A DNA stretch of 64,000 nucleotides, taken from the NCBI GenBank assembly GCA_049724395.1, contig JAUGWO010000155.1:62001-126000 (forward strand). The letters run 5' to 3'. Positions 11,781 to 23,357 of this stretch are shown piece after piece. The stretch is from Spongospora subterranea f. sp. subterranea (Eukaryota). Under the pieces are notes generated by a model, which saw nothing but the letters and a program-made list of their open reading frames with translations, did not search any database and was not told the DNA's origin. The position numbers and the translations under genes are program-made. How positions within the stretch are numbered: the stretch's first letter is position 1; every line of letters starts with the position of its first letter.

Positions 11781-13301
11781 GGAGGCAAGCAGCCACTCTG
11801 AACTCAGCGTCCGTCACCTGATTCGGATCGGCGTCATCACAGCCCTCGTATTACGAATACGGGGAAAAGGGAATGACAAGATTTTTTTAACATAATTATT
11901 TATTCTCTCTGTTCAAATAATATTAATCCGACTTTACGGATTTAATTTTGACAAATAGTGTGATCCTCCCTGGCGGTCCCATTCGAGAATCTCTGAAAAA
12001 ATTGACGCGACATTTGATCAAACTGGTTCATGGACAGGTGGATCGAGTAGGGCTTTGCGTTACGTTGACTCCATTTTGGACAATGGTAACAGAACACGCT
12101 CTATAAAATTAAGTATGACGGTTTTCCAGGGAGGTTACCCGACAGAGTCTGTCAAAAAGTTTCACCCACGGGCTGCTCAGAGCAAGAGCGTCACCGCACA
12201 TGAAATGCTCTGATCGGCGTCGCTCCGTTTGGGTTTGTTTGGCCGAGACTCCATGCTCCTCGGCTGTGTTTTGCGGCGAGACCAAGGTTGAATCCACACT
12301 ATGTTCGAATGCAAGGTCATCATCTGCACTAGCAATGTTTCTACTGAAAATTGTGGCAACAAGAAAAAAGTGCTCTGAAACAAACGTTTTGATGCCAGAA
12401 TGCGAGAGTACGTACGACGGTACGAGTGCTAACCGGTGACGAAATTCCGGCAATTGAAGCATACTCGCCAAAAGGTCGCCGCGCTATGAACATCAAAATC
12501 CAAAAAAAAATGCAGTTCCAAGACAATGCCGATCACAAATAATCCCATCTTGAAAAACCAAGTTCGGCGCCCTCGCCGCTTGTATGAAGTAATCTGGCGG
12601 TCGATGATGCCAAGCTGCAGGCTTGAAAACCGCAGAGCCCAGAATCTAAATTGGATACAGCAGCCGCTTAGGCAAGGAGTTCCCCCTGACTTATGCTAGG
12701 GTTCGTCACCGGTGCGGTTGCTACTGGTGAAACACCATCAAGGACGATTCTAACATTGCCTGCTTCTGAAGCGGCGCTGAAATATAGCGTCCATTTGACA
12801 CGGTTATTTTCACAAAATTCCCAGCAAAACATGCTGTCACCTGACAGAAAGAGCAACAGGTAGAATGCGTTAGTTCGGACCTATATCTCAAAACAGCAAG
12901 AGTATCAAATAATTCACCCTTTATTGCCTATTCTCTTGGCAAAACTGAACGGCCAGATTACAGCATACTATCGCGACTATTTGCGATGGCGAAATCGGTT
13001 TTCCCAAATTATGAGCGTTTACGCCTTCCGCTCCACGTAGCCTATCCTCTCCTGAAACGCTCAACAAATTCCAAAACAAAATTGAAAGTTAAAACACTCG
13101 AAGTCTAACACATTGAAGCAGGGGTTGCTGTAGTGGCTGGCATTACAGAAATGTTTAAGCCATCGGTTTGCGCGTAGGCCTGGGGTGCAATTTATGTGAT
13201 GATGAGGGTCATGTCATTAGGATGGTTAGGTTTCTTGCCTGTTAGACATCATCTTCCTCTATTACTATATTTACTCTTGAACTGCATAATTTCATTATCA
13301 A

Positions 13302-14029
13302 ATGAACGGTCCTGCTGCAAATGGACAAGTGCAGATGAGGAGACCAAACATGAAACGGTTAACAGTGTTGAGCAACGATGCTCGCAGAGCTGTGTACCAC
13401 CACCTTTTGACGATGTTAGATATCAATGGAAAACCCAAAAAAAGGGTGTTCGCTATTATCGGGGCCGAATTCAACGTATCTTGGATCACGATTAGCCGGA
13501 TTTGGCATCGAGGAAAAGAGTCATTGGCAGCAGGAGCCACTGCAGCAGTTGTATCGCATCAGAAAAAGAACTGGGGGCGGAATCCAAAATACCCGAACAT
13601 TTCTGCCGATATCGCTACCGTTCCTTTGAGCAAACAGAGCACCCTTAGACATTTATCTGCAGCAACGGGTATTTCTGTCGCTACATTACATCGTCAACTC
13701 AAGAAAGGCATTATCCGGCGTCATACAAAATTGTTGAAGCCTCTTCTCACTGAATGATCAAGATCGCTCGAATCAATTTTTGTATTTCGATGCTTGAGCC
13801 CTCTTCCGTTTCTACCTCACCAAAGTTTAAAAAAATGTAGTGGTTCTATCTTACTTGCAAAATCTTGCAAACTTGTTCTCTCATTTTTAGTAGTAGTAGT
13901 GAGAAATGTTAATATGGACAGATTTGCTTGACATAGAGCCTGATATCATAACCATCTATTTTAGATAGGGAGAACAAACCTGAGATGCTGCCATCAGTAT
14001 CGATCAGTTATTTTGAAACGGAGGGAGTA
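13302..14029 (+). mobile_element. Degraded plant/oomycete-type Tc1-mariner (Stowaway-related DD39D family) with intact right TIR and TA target site
   Basis: N-terminus TISRIW...GR...VPL....TLR.L....GIS..TLHR..K.G.IRRHT..LKPLLT followed by stops and WFYLT; reverse complement of 14002-14029 is TA-CTCCCTCCGTTTCAAAATAACTGATC, a Stowaway-type TIR. Confidence 0.85.
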
Positions 14030-14030
14030 C

Positions 14031-14350
14031 GAAGTAATTGTGGTATCCATAGTCCCTGTCAACCTCCTGAATCTGAAGGGGCGTGAATAGCAGATCCTTG
14101 TGGTGGGAAAAACGACTTCCGGCAGCGGTTTCATCACATTGTCAACCACAATGTGTTTCGTTTCTGATATCCTCAATCTTGATGACTCCGCAATGTACCA
14201 GATTTTTGATGAATTATGCTTGTCGTCGACATGCTCCAAGGATCGTTGTAAGTTCTCATTTATGGCCAAACGTGATCGCGCTCTGGTTGTCCTCATACAC
14301 CATCATCGGAAGCGTCGCTCCGACACCGATCTCCTTTGAAACGCAATGAC
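14031..14350 (-). mobile_element. Ty1/copia RNase H remnant
   Basis: Minus-strand MVYEDNQSAI, then frameshifted LEHVDDKHN and VVDNVMKPLPEVVF, matching copia YEDNQSAI / HID.. / ADIMTKPL. Confidence 0.75.
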
Positions 14351-14384
14351 ATAGTAGCTCCTTCGGATCAAACGCAACGTGACC

Positions 14385-14491
14385 AACGTTATGACGAAAC
14401 CGCTCCAGGAAGTCGTTTTTCCCATGTCATGAGAATCTGTACTTGACGCCACTTCAGATTGAGAAGAATGACAGGGACTATGCTACTACTT
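14385..14491 (+). mobile_element. Inverted second copy of the copia pol 3' end
   Basis: NVMTKPLQEVVF; diverged reverse complement of 14031-14143 (shared gggaaaaacgacttcc and catagtccctgtca). Confidence 0.7.
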
Positions 14492-15232
14492 CGGCATTGA
14501 CAAAATACTTTCGGTGCACTACTGTTAAGGTAGATTCTCAGACTTTATAGGAGCAAAGGCCTCTGATTAAATAATGGCTGCAACATTATCACCTTTGGGT
14601 GAAAATTTGAGTATTGTTTACATTTACTGAAACTATAAGATATCAGGCGACGGTCCGAAGCCCTGCGTAAACTAGGACAGCTCTTCAACCGGTCCCTAAT
14701 ACAATGCGTCGTCGAGAAGGTATATGGAGATTACAATACGTGCGTTTAAATCGTCGTGGAAGGACGGTTGATATGGCGTCATCCACACCTCTGCTAAACT
14801 GTTCTATAATCCCTCCCCTCTCTAGAGGGACAGATATGCACGGTAGCTTAGAGAGTTTGATCCATAAGTACAATAAGAAATTGCTCGTCTGCACTTCAAT
14901 GCCATAAGATATACCGAATCAAAACTATATCAGCAAAGTCAAATGGACCTGACCATTGTTGAGCGCATCGTTGCACCCGGGGACAGGGCACGGATGAGCC
15001 AGGCGACGGCAACTCAACTGCAACTGTCCTACACTGCTACACCCATCAGTCTAACACCCCGCAATAATTCGGAGTCAAAGATCGGCCTGATCACCGTAAG
15101 AATAGAGTCGACTCAGTGTTTGCCAGTGACCACGCTGTAACCACGCTGTGACCACGCCACACGGACGAAAAAATCGCTACATGTACTACTGTTATCTCAC
15201 TCATCCGTTATACTGATTAACAACGGCATCAC

Positions 15233-15349
15233 ATTGCCAGTTGCACCATTATCCTGCCTATACGACGTCTTCTGGCACAAAGTGGACGAAATTGCCAGTT
15301 GCACCATTATCCTGCCTGTGCCCCCTCTTCCGGCACAAAGTAGACCAAA
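15233..15349. repeat. 58-bp-period direct duplication (an 11-bp ACCACGCTGT triplet lies just upstream at 15129-15158)
   Basis: attgccagttgcaccattatcctgcct exact at 15233 and 15291; ggcacaaagt repeated. Confidence 0.85.
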
Positions 15350-15540
15350 GGTAGTCCAAAGGTATACCTCTTTTCAGAGGCCTAGGCGCGGCCCAGTTTA
15401 CGTTAGCTGCAGAGTGCAAGGCGGCCTTACATCTCTTGTCTCGTGAAGAGGTTAATAATTTTAGCGGATAACGATCGTTTACGCTTCATATTGATATTGC
15501 TATTGAATTGCGAAGCTGCTGACATCTTCGGTGCGGCGTC

Positions 15541-18500
15541 ATGTGGCGTTCCGCTGTGAACTCGTCTCCATTGCGCAGTCCAGAGGTATTTCCTCGACTT
15601 AGCATCCTTGGCAGATCCACTCCTGGCTCATTCGTGTCTGGTTCGACGCCTTTTTAGATGGGCACGAATGGAATGACGGCGGATAGAGCGAAAGTAATTC
15701 GCGAGTTACATGATCAAATGTATAATGCCGAGGATTTCGAAACCTGGCATCAGGCTGCGATTTTACTCGATATCTTAGAATGCCGCGAGCTATGGAAGGT
15801 CAAGCCGGACTCCCCTTTTTACGACCACGCTCTTGTTCAGGTCAGATAAATATCGCTTGTCAAAAATGTCATGCCCATTCGAATATCTCTTTAGAAAACT
15901 GTCGAAAAATTGGAAGAAGCGCGAAATTCCAACGATTTTCCTGCCCTCGCATACCATTTGCGAAACTCACTGCACCGTAATTTTGGAGGTTCACATTTCA
16001 CAAATTCTCGAAAATGTTTCCGGTAATGGTTTTTCAAAATTAGGCCTCGAGAATATCCAGCTCTATGAGCATACGCATGCCGGCACGAAACATTTACTTG
16101 AGCAGTAAGTTTATCATTGTCATCTCAGTACAGGGCTGATGATTGCCAAGCTAGATACGTTAAGGAGGTGGTCACCTCGATGGAGTACTTAGTCAATTCC
16201 GGAGACATCGGAATGACCATTCAACAAAAGTTGGGATTCTTTAAAGGTTTCACTAGATATTTTCTCAAAATCGTAACGCCAACATGCAGTTTCTTAGAAA
16301 TCAGGCGACTGTATGGTCGGAGCGCCTTGTTACTATCAGGCGGCGCGGCTTTCGGTATTTACCATTTGGGAGTCATCAAAGCTCTCGTCAATGCTGGACT
16401 TCTTCCTCGTGTAATATCCGGATCATCAGCTGGTTCTATTGGTATTTATTGCAGCACCGTTGCAGTAATTGATGACCAACATCACGTTTTCTGAAGTGGC
16501 TTCAATTATCGCCGTAAAGACAGACCAGGAGCTTCCAGAATTCTTCAATGCAGAAGCTGTACAACTTGATTTTTTTGGCGAGGACGACACTATTTTCACA
16601 AAGATGAAACGGTAACCTTGTTGTTCACCAGGTTATTATTGCGCCAACACCATGCCATCAGGTTCTTCCGTGAAGGCGTTGTTCTTGACATCGACAATAT
16701 CAGAACATCGTTCCGTGGATATCTTGGCGATATTACGTTCTTAGAGGCATATGAACGGACAGGTCGTCAATTTCTCGATTTTTGTGTCGACAGGCTTAAT
16801 AGTGTTAAACTTGTTCAGGTCGAACCTTGAATATCACTGTCACTCATGCAATCCGCTTAAAAAAAGTACGAACTGTTTTGATATTATGAGTGTCTTCATC
16901 TCACCTCCAACAAAAGGGAGCGCGTTTGCTAAATCACTTGACAGCGCCTCAAGTCGTGATTTGGTCTGCGGCCTGTGCAAGCTGCGCGGCGCCAGGATTA
17001 TTCAAACCAGTTCACATTCTGGCGAAAACCAAAGAGGGAGACTTGGTTCCTTTCGAGGCAACTGCGCAACATTATCTGGATGGTTCTTATTTCAATGATC
17101 TTCCTATCGTATGATCCCAAACGTGGTTGCTCCATTTCAGAATTAAGCCTTTTTCTTAGGATGAATTGTCGGAGTTATTTTGTGTTAATTTTACAATCGT
17201 GTCACAAGTAAATCCATGTAAGTCACCCTATACCTTGTCGCGGCTGTAGTCTAATAGCTTTATTTTTAGATGTAGAAATCATCGTCGCAGTTCTGTTCTC
17301 ATTTCTTATCGTAACCACAACAGGTTATTCCTTTCATCAGGGGCCTTCGGACTCGCCCACCGGCCCAGCCTGGACAAAATCGAATGCTTTGGATGTATGA
17401 CAAGCTGTCGGACTTTGTAAAATCGGAAGTTCAGCACCGCTGCGTGCAAGCAGCTGAACTCGGAATAGCCCCAAAGATTCTGGAGTTCCTTGTGCCGATC
17501 ATCAACCAGGGCTATTCTGGTGACGTACGTAGTTCGGTTTTCTTGTGGAAAACAATTCATTCAACTTTGTTTAGATTACCATCGTTCCTGACTTGAGAAA
17601 TGACTATCGAAATTACATGCGTAATAGATTGATATCAGGTCACATGGATCAAATTTAATGTTGCACAGATATCATCTCCAACCCCAGCGATGAAGTTATT
17701 CAAGATGCTGTCCTCTGCGGAATGAGAAGGTGCTTCTGAATCAGCATGTTCAAGTTTGAGTCTAATTTCTTTAGTACGTGGCCAGCGCTGGCAATGATTG
17801 CCAACCATTATTCTATCGAAAGGACAATATTTGAAGCGGTTGAGCGATTGCGTGTCGAATGTTCTCGTAGAAATTCCCAGGACATGTCCCTGGTGCATCC
17901 GGAGTTCAAAGCCCTCGCTCATTTACACATGCTGAACGCGAACATTGCTAGCGATCCCAGAGAGCTTGATGCCAAACATGGTACTATCAATATTTCGTAT
18001 AATTTTTTTCTAGAAATTTAGTCATGATTCATATGTTGAGTTTATGGCAAACGAACAGTTCTAATATGGAACATCGGCGGCTCGCGATATTATTTAGAAC
18101 GACTGTTTGTTAACCGATCTCCATCCCAAACCCTACGGTCCGAATTAACGGGGCGTTGACGGGGTTCAATTGTGTTTGTCAAAAACACCTATTCCCAGTT
18201 AACGCAATGTTTTCATACCATAGGACAACTAGCGACTATCACGATTGCAGCTTTGGACCGCCCTGGGTTATTAGCTGATATTTCGCTGACGCTCGCCAAG
18301 GTATGTGAAAATTCGAGTTGATGCACCCAGGTTGATTCATCATATTCTCAGATTGGCTTGTTGGTTAAAAACGCAAGAATGATGACATCAGGTTCTTGGG
18401 CATTTCACGTATTCAACGTTCGGGTAGCTAAACTTCAACATGAACATGAAAAATCATTCATTGATGCGATTCACACCGTTTTCGAAAATTTATTATTTGA

Positions 18501-18764
18501 TGAACAAGCTCAGATACAGGTACATCAGACAGAAAAGCACTTGATCAAACTTCACAATAAGGTTGGTCTACTTTGTTCGTGACTCAGTTTCAAATGCAGG
18601 TCCGAATTTGTCCGGATCATGATGATGACCTAACAATTGACCTCGATTTGCTCGGATTCCGAAGAGAAGAAATTCCAGCAATTGCCAACATCGATCTCCA
18701 AGCTCCAACAACAATGCGTCGCATAAGATCTGCTGATTCCATTATTAAACTTGATAATCAATAG
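15541..18764 (+). CDS. Patatin-like triacylglycerol lipase (SDP1/TGL3-5 type) with C-terminal ACT domain, many exons
   Basis: [25 protein letters not shown] (GxSxG), YLDGS; intron 17981-18223 joins in phase to [49 protein letters not shown]. Confidence 0.88.
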
Positions 18765-18972
18765 CCTATACTCCGCAATCCATTCAATCTCCACGAGGAA
18801 TCTACAATCTGCAGCTTTCATTTTGGCATAGATATCACAGCTTTGAATCCATTCTGGTCTATCTTCAATTCTGTTTTGTTCAAATTCCAATATGAAATAG
18901 AAAGGCTGATCGCAAAACCATGACATCGGTTGTATTGGCAAAAGATAGAACAACGTAGAGCAATTGAAGGAT

Positions 18973-19622
18973 TTACCGGTTGGCCTAAAAAACGAACAAT
19001 CAGTAAAACGCAAAAATTCAATCAGTGAACGCAACATTACCTTGGCGACACGCTCGATCTCGTCCTTCTTCTTGATGGCGTACGACTTCTGGTTGTCGTT
19101 GGCGGCAGCCGCAACAATCTCGTCGCACAGACACTCGGCGATGGTCTTGATGTTGCGGAAGGCGGCGGCGCGGGATCCGACAGTGATCAAGTAGACGCTC
19201 TGGTTGACACGGCGCAAAGGCGACACATCGACGGCCTGACGGCGGACAACACCGGCGGATCCGATACGGGTGGAATCTTCACGAGGGCCGCAATTCTGGA
19301 CGGCGTTGACGAAAACCTGGATGGGGTTCTCGCCGGTCATTAAATGGATCAACTCGAACGCGTGCTTGACAATGCGAACGGACATGAGCTTCTTTCCGTT
19401 GTTGCGTCCGTGCATCATCAGGGAGCAGACAAGACGCTCGACGATGTTGCATTGGGCTTTGCGGAAGCGCTTGGTCTGGAAACGGCCGGCGCTGTGGGGG
19501 AGGAACAGAGCGTGCTTGTCCTTGACGGCGATGTAATCGGACAAGGAGATATCGGTCAGCTCAACATCGTCGTAGGACCATTTGCCGAACAGCTTCACCT
19601 CGACCGCGTAGTTCGTCGCCAT
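18973..19622 (-). CDS. RPS5: 40S ribosomal protein S5 (uS7); exons 19041-19622 and 18973-18984
   Basis: [11 protein letters not shown]...[13 protein letters not shown]...[11 protein letters not shown]...[23 protein letters not shown]; intron 18985-19040 restores the conserved ERVAK|ANR* end. Confidence 0.98.
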
Positions 19623-20079
19623 TTTCGATCGAAATGAAGGATTGCTAGAAAGCCCGTGACGCAGTCCGGTTCGGGGTTACCTCCGTCAAATATGGCCATC
19701 ACCGCTAATATTGGGCATAATTCTCTACAGGATCGCACCAAACATCGGACGTCACGTCTTTTGCCCAAACCCGCCAATAAATTGAATTTCTTGCCAGTTT
19801 CATTACTAAACGACAGATTTGGGATGTGTTGTTTTTCTCGGTTTCCTAATCGGTGGTCCAGGGTACGTAGTGCTCTTTGTTGAACCACTCGCGCCGAACT
19901 GACGAACGATCCCAAAAAAGGACGAATGTTGTGCCTCATCAGTATTTTGATCATCCGTCTAGTTATCCGAATATTACGATAATTTTTCGCTGAGAAGGCA
20001 ATCAAGCGCGTTTTTCGCCAAGTTTTCAAATGAATGAATTAATTCTCTTCCGTCCCATGTCTTTTGGATCATGCTGAGA

Positions 20080-20250
20080 TAGTTTTCGCTCATTCAACGA
20101 GCTGAATACCCGTAAACACCGACGATTTTGGGTCGAACACTCCGTCCTTTATCACGATCATCTGGCACTGGTGCACGATTCCCTGGTCATCGATGATGCT
20201 TCACGAACACTTGACGCATGAATCCCCAACGCCAATACAGTTTCCGACCC
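20080..20250 (-). mobile_element. Possible copia protease-region remnant
   Basis: Minus frame GVGDSCVKCS*SIIDDQGIVHQCQMIVIKDGVFDP resembles copia G.G.V....DD.G..H...I.D....P; contains stops. Confidence 0.35.
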
Positions 20251-20502
20251 CTATGCTGCTCTATCGGGTGGAACAGCTACGGTTTAGATAGAATTTTGGA
20301 TTCTAGGGAAGAGCACCAAGGCACCAGCGTTTCAAAAGGTTGGAAGGCGACAATCGCGTAACAATTGAGCAGATGAGATTAAACAAAGGGACAAACAAAA
20401 CCGACACAAAGAGAAGCTATCAGACCAGCCATTTTCTGACACACTGTTTTTTGATTTCACATTCGATGAAATGAATATATAGATATTGTTGTCATATATA
20501 TT

Positions 20503-22521
20503 TTACGAGATTTGTGAGCAAATAATATCGATTTCGACCTTGAGACAATCCATCTGTTCGGTCGTGAACATTCCGCTGTTCCTCGCCACATCGTAGATGG
20601 CGCTAACTTTCTCGGGGAATTTCCTCCATGGTCGCAACAGGGCTGGGTCTGCGATCAGGCACAGGATTGTGTCGGGCGAGCACGACTCCAGCATCAGATC
20701 CAGCGTAGACGACGTCAACGATGGCGACACCGTTAGTAACGATGACACCAGCTCCGGATCGAGTTTCCACGAAGGAAACACGAATTGGCGAAGTTGCGGG
20801 TGAAGGCGTCCAGCGATGTGAGGAAGACATTGGGCGGCGAGATGGAGCAGGTTGATTGAGAACGGGCGCGAATCGAGCTGATGAACAAGAGCGGGGTAGA
20901 AAGAGTCGAATAATGTGGAGAAATGCAGATGAAGTCGCGACAGACACGATCGCAAACACGATAGGAGATCGGATTGGGTAGAACAGGTCAGAACCAGCGA
21001 CAAACGCAGATCAATGGCGATATGTTCCAGGTCCATGACCATATCGAGCAATAGCGATCTGGACGATAACGAGACCGATGACGATCGCAGGATGGTCGAG
21101 ATGAACTGCATCGACCCCGAATCGATATGACTGTAGCCCAAGACGGAGACGGCCAACTGCTGTAGCCGGGCCGGTAACGTGGGCAGATTGGACAGGAGAC
21201 CGACCGGGTCGATGGGCAGGGAATATAGTCGGGATCCGTCCAGTAATAGCGGGAGAATATGATCGGCATGATCGGGGAGATGGGAAGATAGTGACGATAA
21301 TAGATGGGAACAGGAACTGAGACGATAGCGCAATATTGGCAACGACGGAGCGATATGGGAAGAGCCCGATGGCAATCCCGCGAAGAAATCGGAGAAGGCG
21401 CGAAATAGAGAATCCGGGAGATGATCGCTCTCTGATAATGACGCGATGAGGGAGAGGAGGTCGTCGAGATTGGAGGAGGAGGAGAGGGAACGGGCAATGA
21501 ACGAGATCATATCGGGGTCAAGGGCGGACCCAAGACCGATCATGATCCGGCAAATGGCGACCTTGGTAGCGGGCGATGGGCGAGAGAATAACGGGAGGAT
21601 ATGGGAGATGATCGGATCAGAGAGCGATGAAGTGATCGAGAGCGACAGAGCTCGAAGACACTCCAGTAGGTTGACGGGGGACGACGAACACTCGATGGCG
21701 CATTCGATTAGGAGCTCGGCGACCTGATGGAGAAGGGCGGGGGAAATATGGGCTGGGACAGGAGATGGAGCTAGGAAAGGGTCGGGGGAGTGAAGTAGCG
21801 ACAGGTGGGCTGGAGAATATAGCTGATCGGGAGATGGCGCTACGACCGTCGCCAGACAGGGGACCAGTAGACCGTGAAGGCAGCGTAAGACAACGCAGGG
21901 GCGACCTGATTCGGAGCGGTTCGATGAGCCGAGCACGTTGGATGAGGCGCGCTCCCTGAGAATGGCGATCAAGGCGGTAAGCAGGAGGTCGCGAATGGGG
22001 TTGATCGACCACGGTGCCAGGTCGAGGATCGTGTCGAGGGCGATGAGCGAATCCAGACGGCAAGCGATGGAAGGATGCGTCAACGCGGCTAGACAGAAGC
22101 GCGATAGCTGATCCAGGAAGGGCGCCGCCGTCTCCTTCACCGTCTCACGAAGGACGGCCACTAGCGATTTTCTCACGCCGTGATCGTCATCGATCACGAG
22201 CCGGGCGACGACTTTCACAATCGACGACGACAGGGACGGGTGGCGAATCGCCAGGTGGCGTAAACTGCACAGGGTCTGGATGCGGTCCTTGGCGTTATAG
22301 TGTCGGGTCTTGGCCAGCAGTTCGGCACAAGTCCGTGCGATATCGCCATCGGACTGAGATTCGGATTTCGGGGCGCGATTCAACTGGGTCGGGACCGATA
22401 TCTGACGGCTTTTGAACCGGGTATCGGTATGGTTGACAGAGAACTGTTTCCTCTTCCCGACTTTCTGTTTGGCGCGTTGGAAATCGCCACCGCCATTGCG
22501 TTTCGGCTTGCAGTTGACCAT
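20503..22521 (-). CDS. IPI1/TEX10-like pre-60S Rix1-complex subunit, intronless
   Basis: DFQRAKQKVGK......NHTDTRFKSRQISVPTQL and LL..T.HYNAK.R match the Ipi1/TEX10 N-terminus; likely start MVNCKPK at 22521. Confidence 0.85.
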   Translation of the reverse strand: MVNCKPKRNGGGDFQRAKQKVGKRKQFSVNHTDTRFKSRQISVPTQLNRAPKSESQSDGDIARTCAELLAKTRHYNAKDRIQTLCSLRHLAIRHPSLSSSIVKVVARLVIDDDHGVRKSLVAVLRETVKETAAPFLDQLSRFCLAALTHPSIACRLDSLIALDTILDLAPWSINPIRDLLLTALIAILRERASSNVLGSSNRSESGRPCVVLRCLHGLLVPCLATVVAPSPDQLYSPAHLSLLHSPDPFLAPSPVPAHISPALLHQVAELLIECAIECSSSPVNLLECLRALSLSITSSLSDPIISHILPLFSRPSPATKVAICRIMIGLGSALDPDMISFIARSLSSSSNLDDLLSLIASLSESDHLPDSLFRAFSDFFAGLPSGSSHIAPSLPILRYRLSSCSHLLSSLSSHLPDHADHILPLLLDGSRLYSLPIDPVGLLSNLPTLPARLQQLAVSVLGYSHIDSGSMQFISTILRSSSVSLSSRSLLLDMVMDLEHIAIDLRLSLVLTCSTQSDLLSCLRSCLSRLHLHFSTLFDSFYPALVHQLDSRPFSINLLHLAAQCLPHIAGRLHPQLRQFVFPSWKLDPELVSSLLTVSPSLTSSTLDLMLESCSPDTILCLIADPALLRPWRKFPEKVSAIYDVARNSGMFTTEQMDCLKVEIDIICSQIS

Positions 22522-23357
22522 GTGGGATGAAGGTCTGGCCTCAAAGCCGTGACGGACTCCGGGAGTATCCACTATCCCGTCAACAACCTTGCTCTCCAGG
22601 TTCAAAGTGTTTGCCAAAATTGGGTGAGTGCCCAGTGTTGAGCAACACCTCCTCCCTTGCCCTGTTGATCCTGTTCGTTGAACAGATGTCTGATGTTGTC
22701 AGAAATGTGTTTATTGATATGGATGGGTCTCTTCAGGAATTAAGCCTTATCTGTAACCGACAAAACTACGCTGTCTGTTTCATTTGACCCCATTTCGGTT
22801 AACTGATTTTGGGCTTGGTGTCGCTGAACGATCCTTTTTCGAGTGTCACACTAAAATGTATTTCCATTCGACCATAAAGAATGTTTCGGTTGAGGGGGGA
22901 GAACGGGTCAATCAGCAGCAAATGTTCAATCACTTTTGATAAATAGCCACCATTGTGACCAAGGCGAGCTAGACATCGGTTATGCCATATTTTTTGTCTT
23001 CAATTGTCCTCGTTTTGATTCGGCGATGATAAAAGTGGTCGATGTCGTGCATCACTATTGGAAACACTACTTAATCCACATGACGCTCGACTGTACTTCA
23101 ACAAAACCCGAACTTCGTCACCAATCAATCATCAGACCCTCTTTTGGATTCAAGAACGGCATGTCGCCAGGGATTTGATTGGGATGTTTGACACACTCTA
23201 TGCGAGCCCTCAAGAGCAAATATGTTATCAAATGCTAAATATATTTCGGTTTAACTATCACCGCATCGCCGCGTAATGCATTCCGAACTTACGGCGTACC
23301 CGGCCTAGGAGCGCCCGGTCAAGGATTCGGGAGGAAAATTTGCCCCCTACAGTATTT

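Noticed and set aside
13019..13031. Left TIR of the mariner (TA-CGCCTTCCGC)
   Set aside because: Only 7/10 match to the core and no extension; could be chance.
18630..19040. 130-aa C-terminal extension of RPS5 overlapping the lipase gene
   Set aside because: Read-through of intron 18985-19040; splicing gives the conserved ANR* end.
20597..22530. Many antisense and alternative-frame ORFs inside the TEX10-like gene (likewise in RPS5 and 37922-41374)
   Set aside because: Shadow ORFs expected from biased codon usage.
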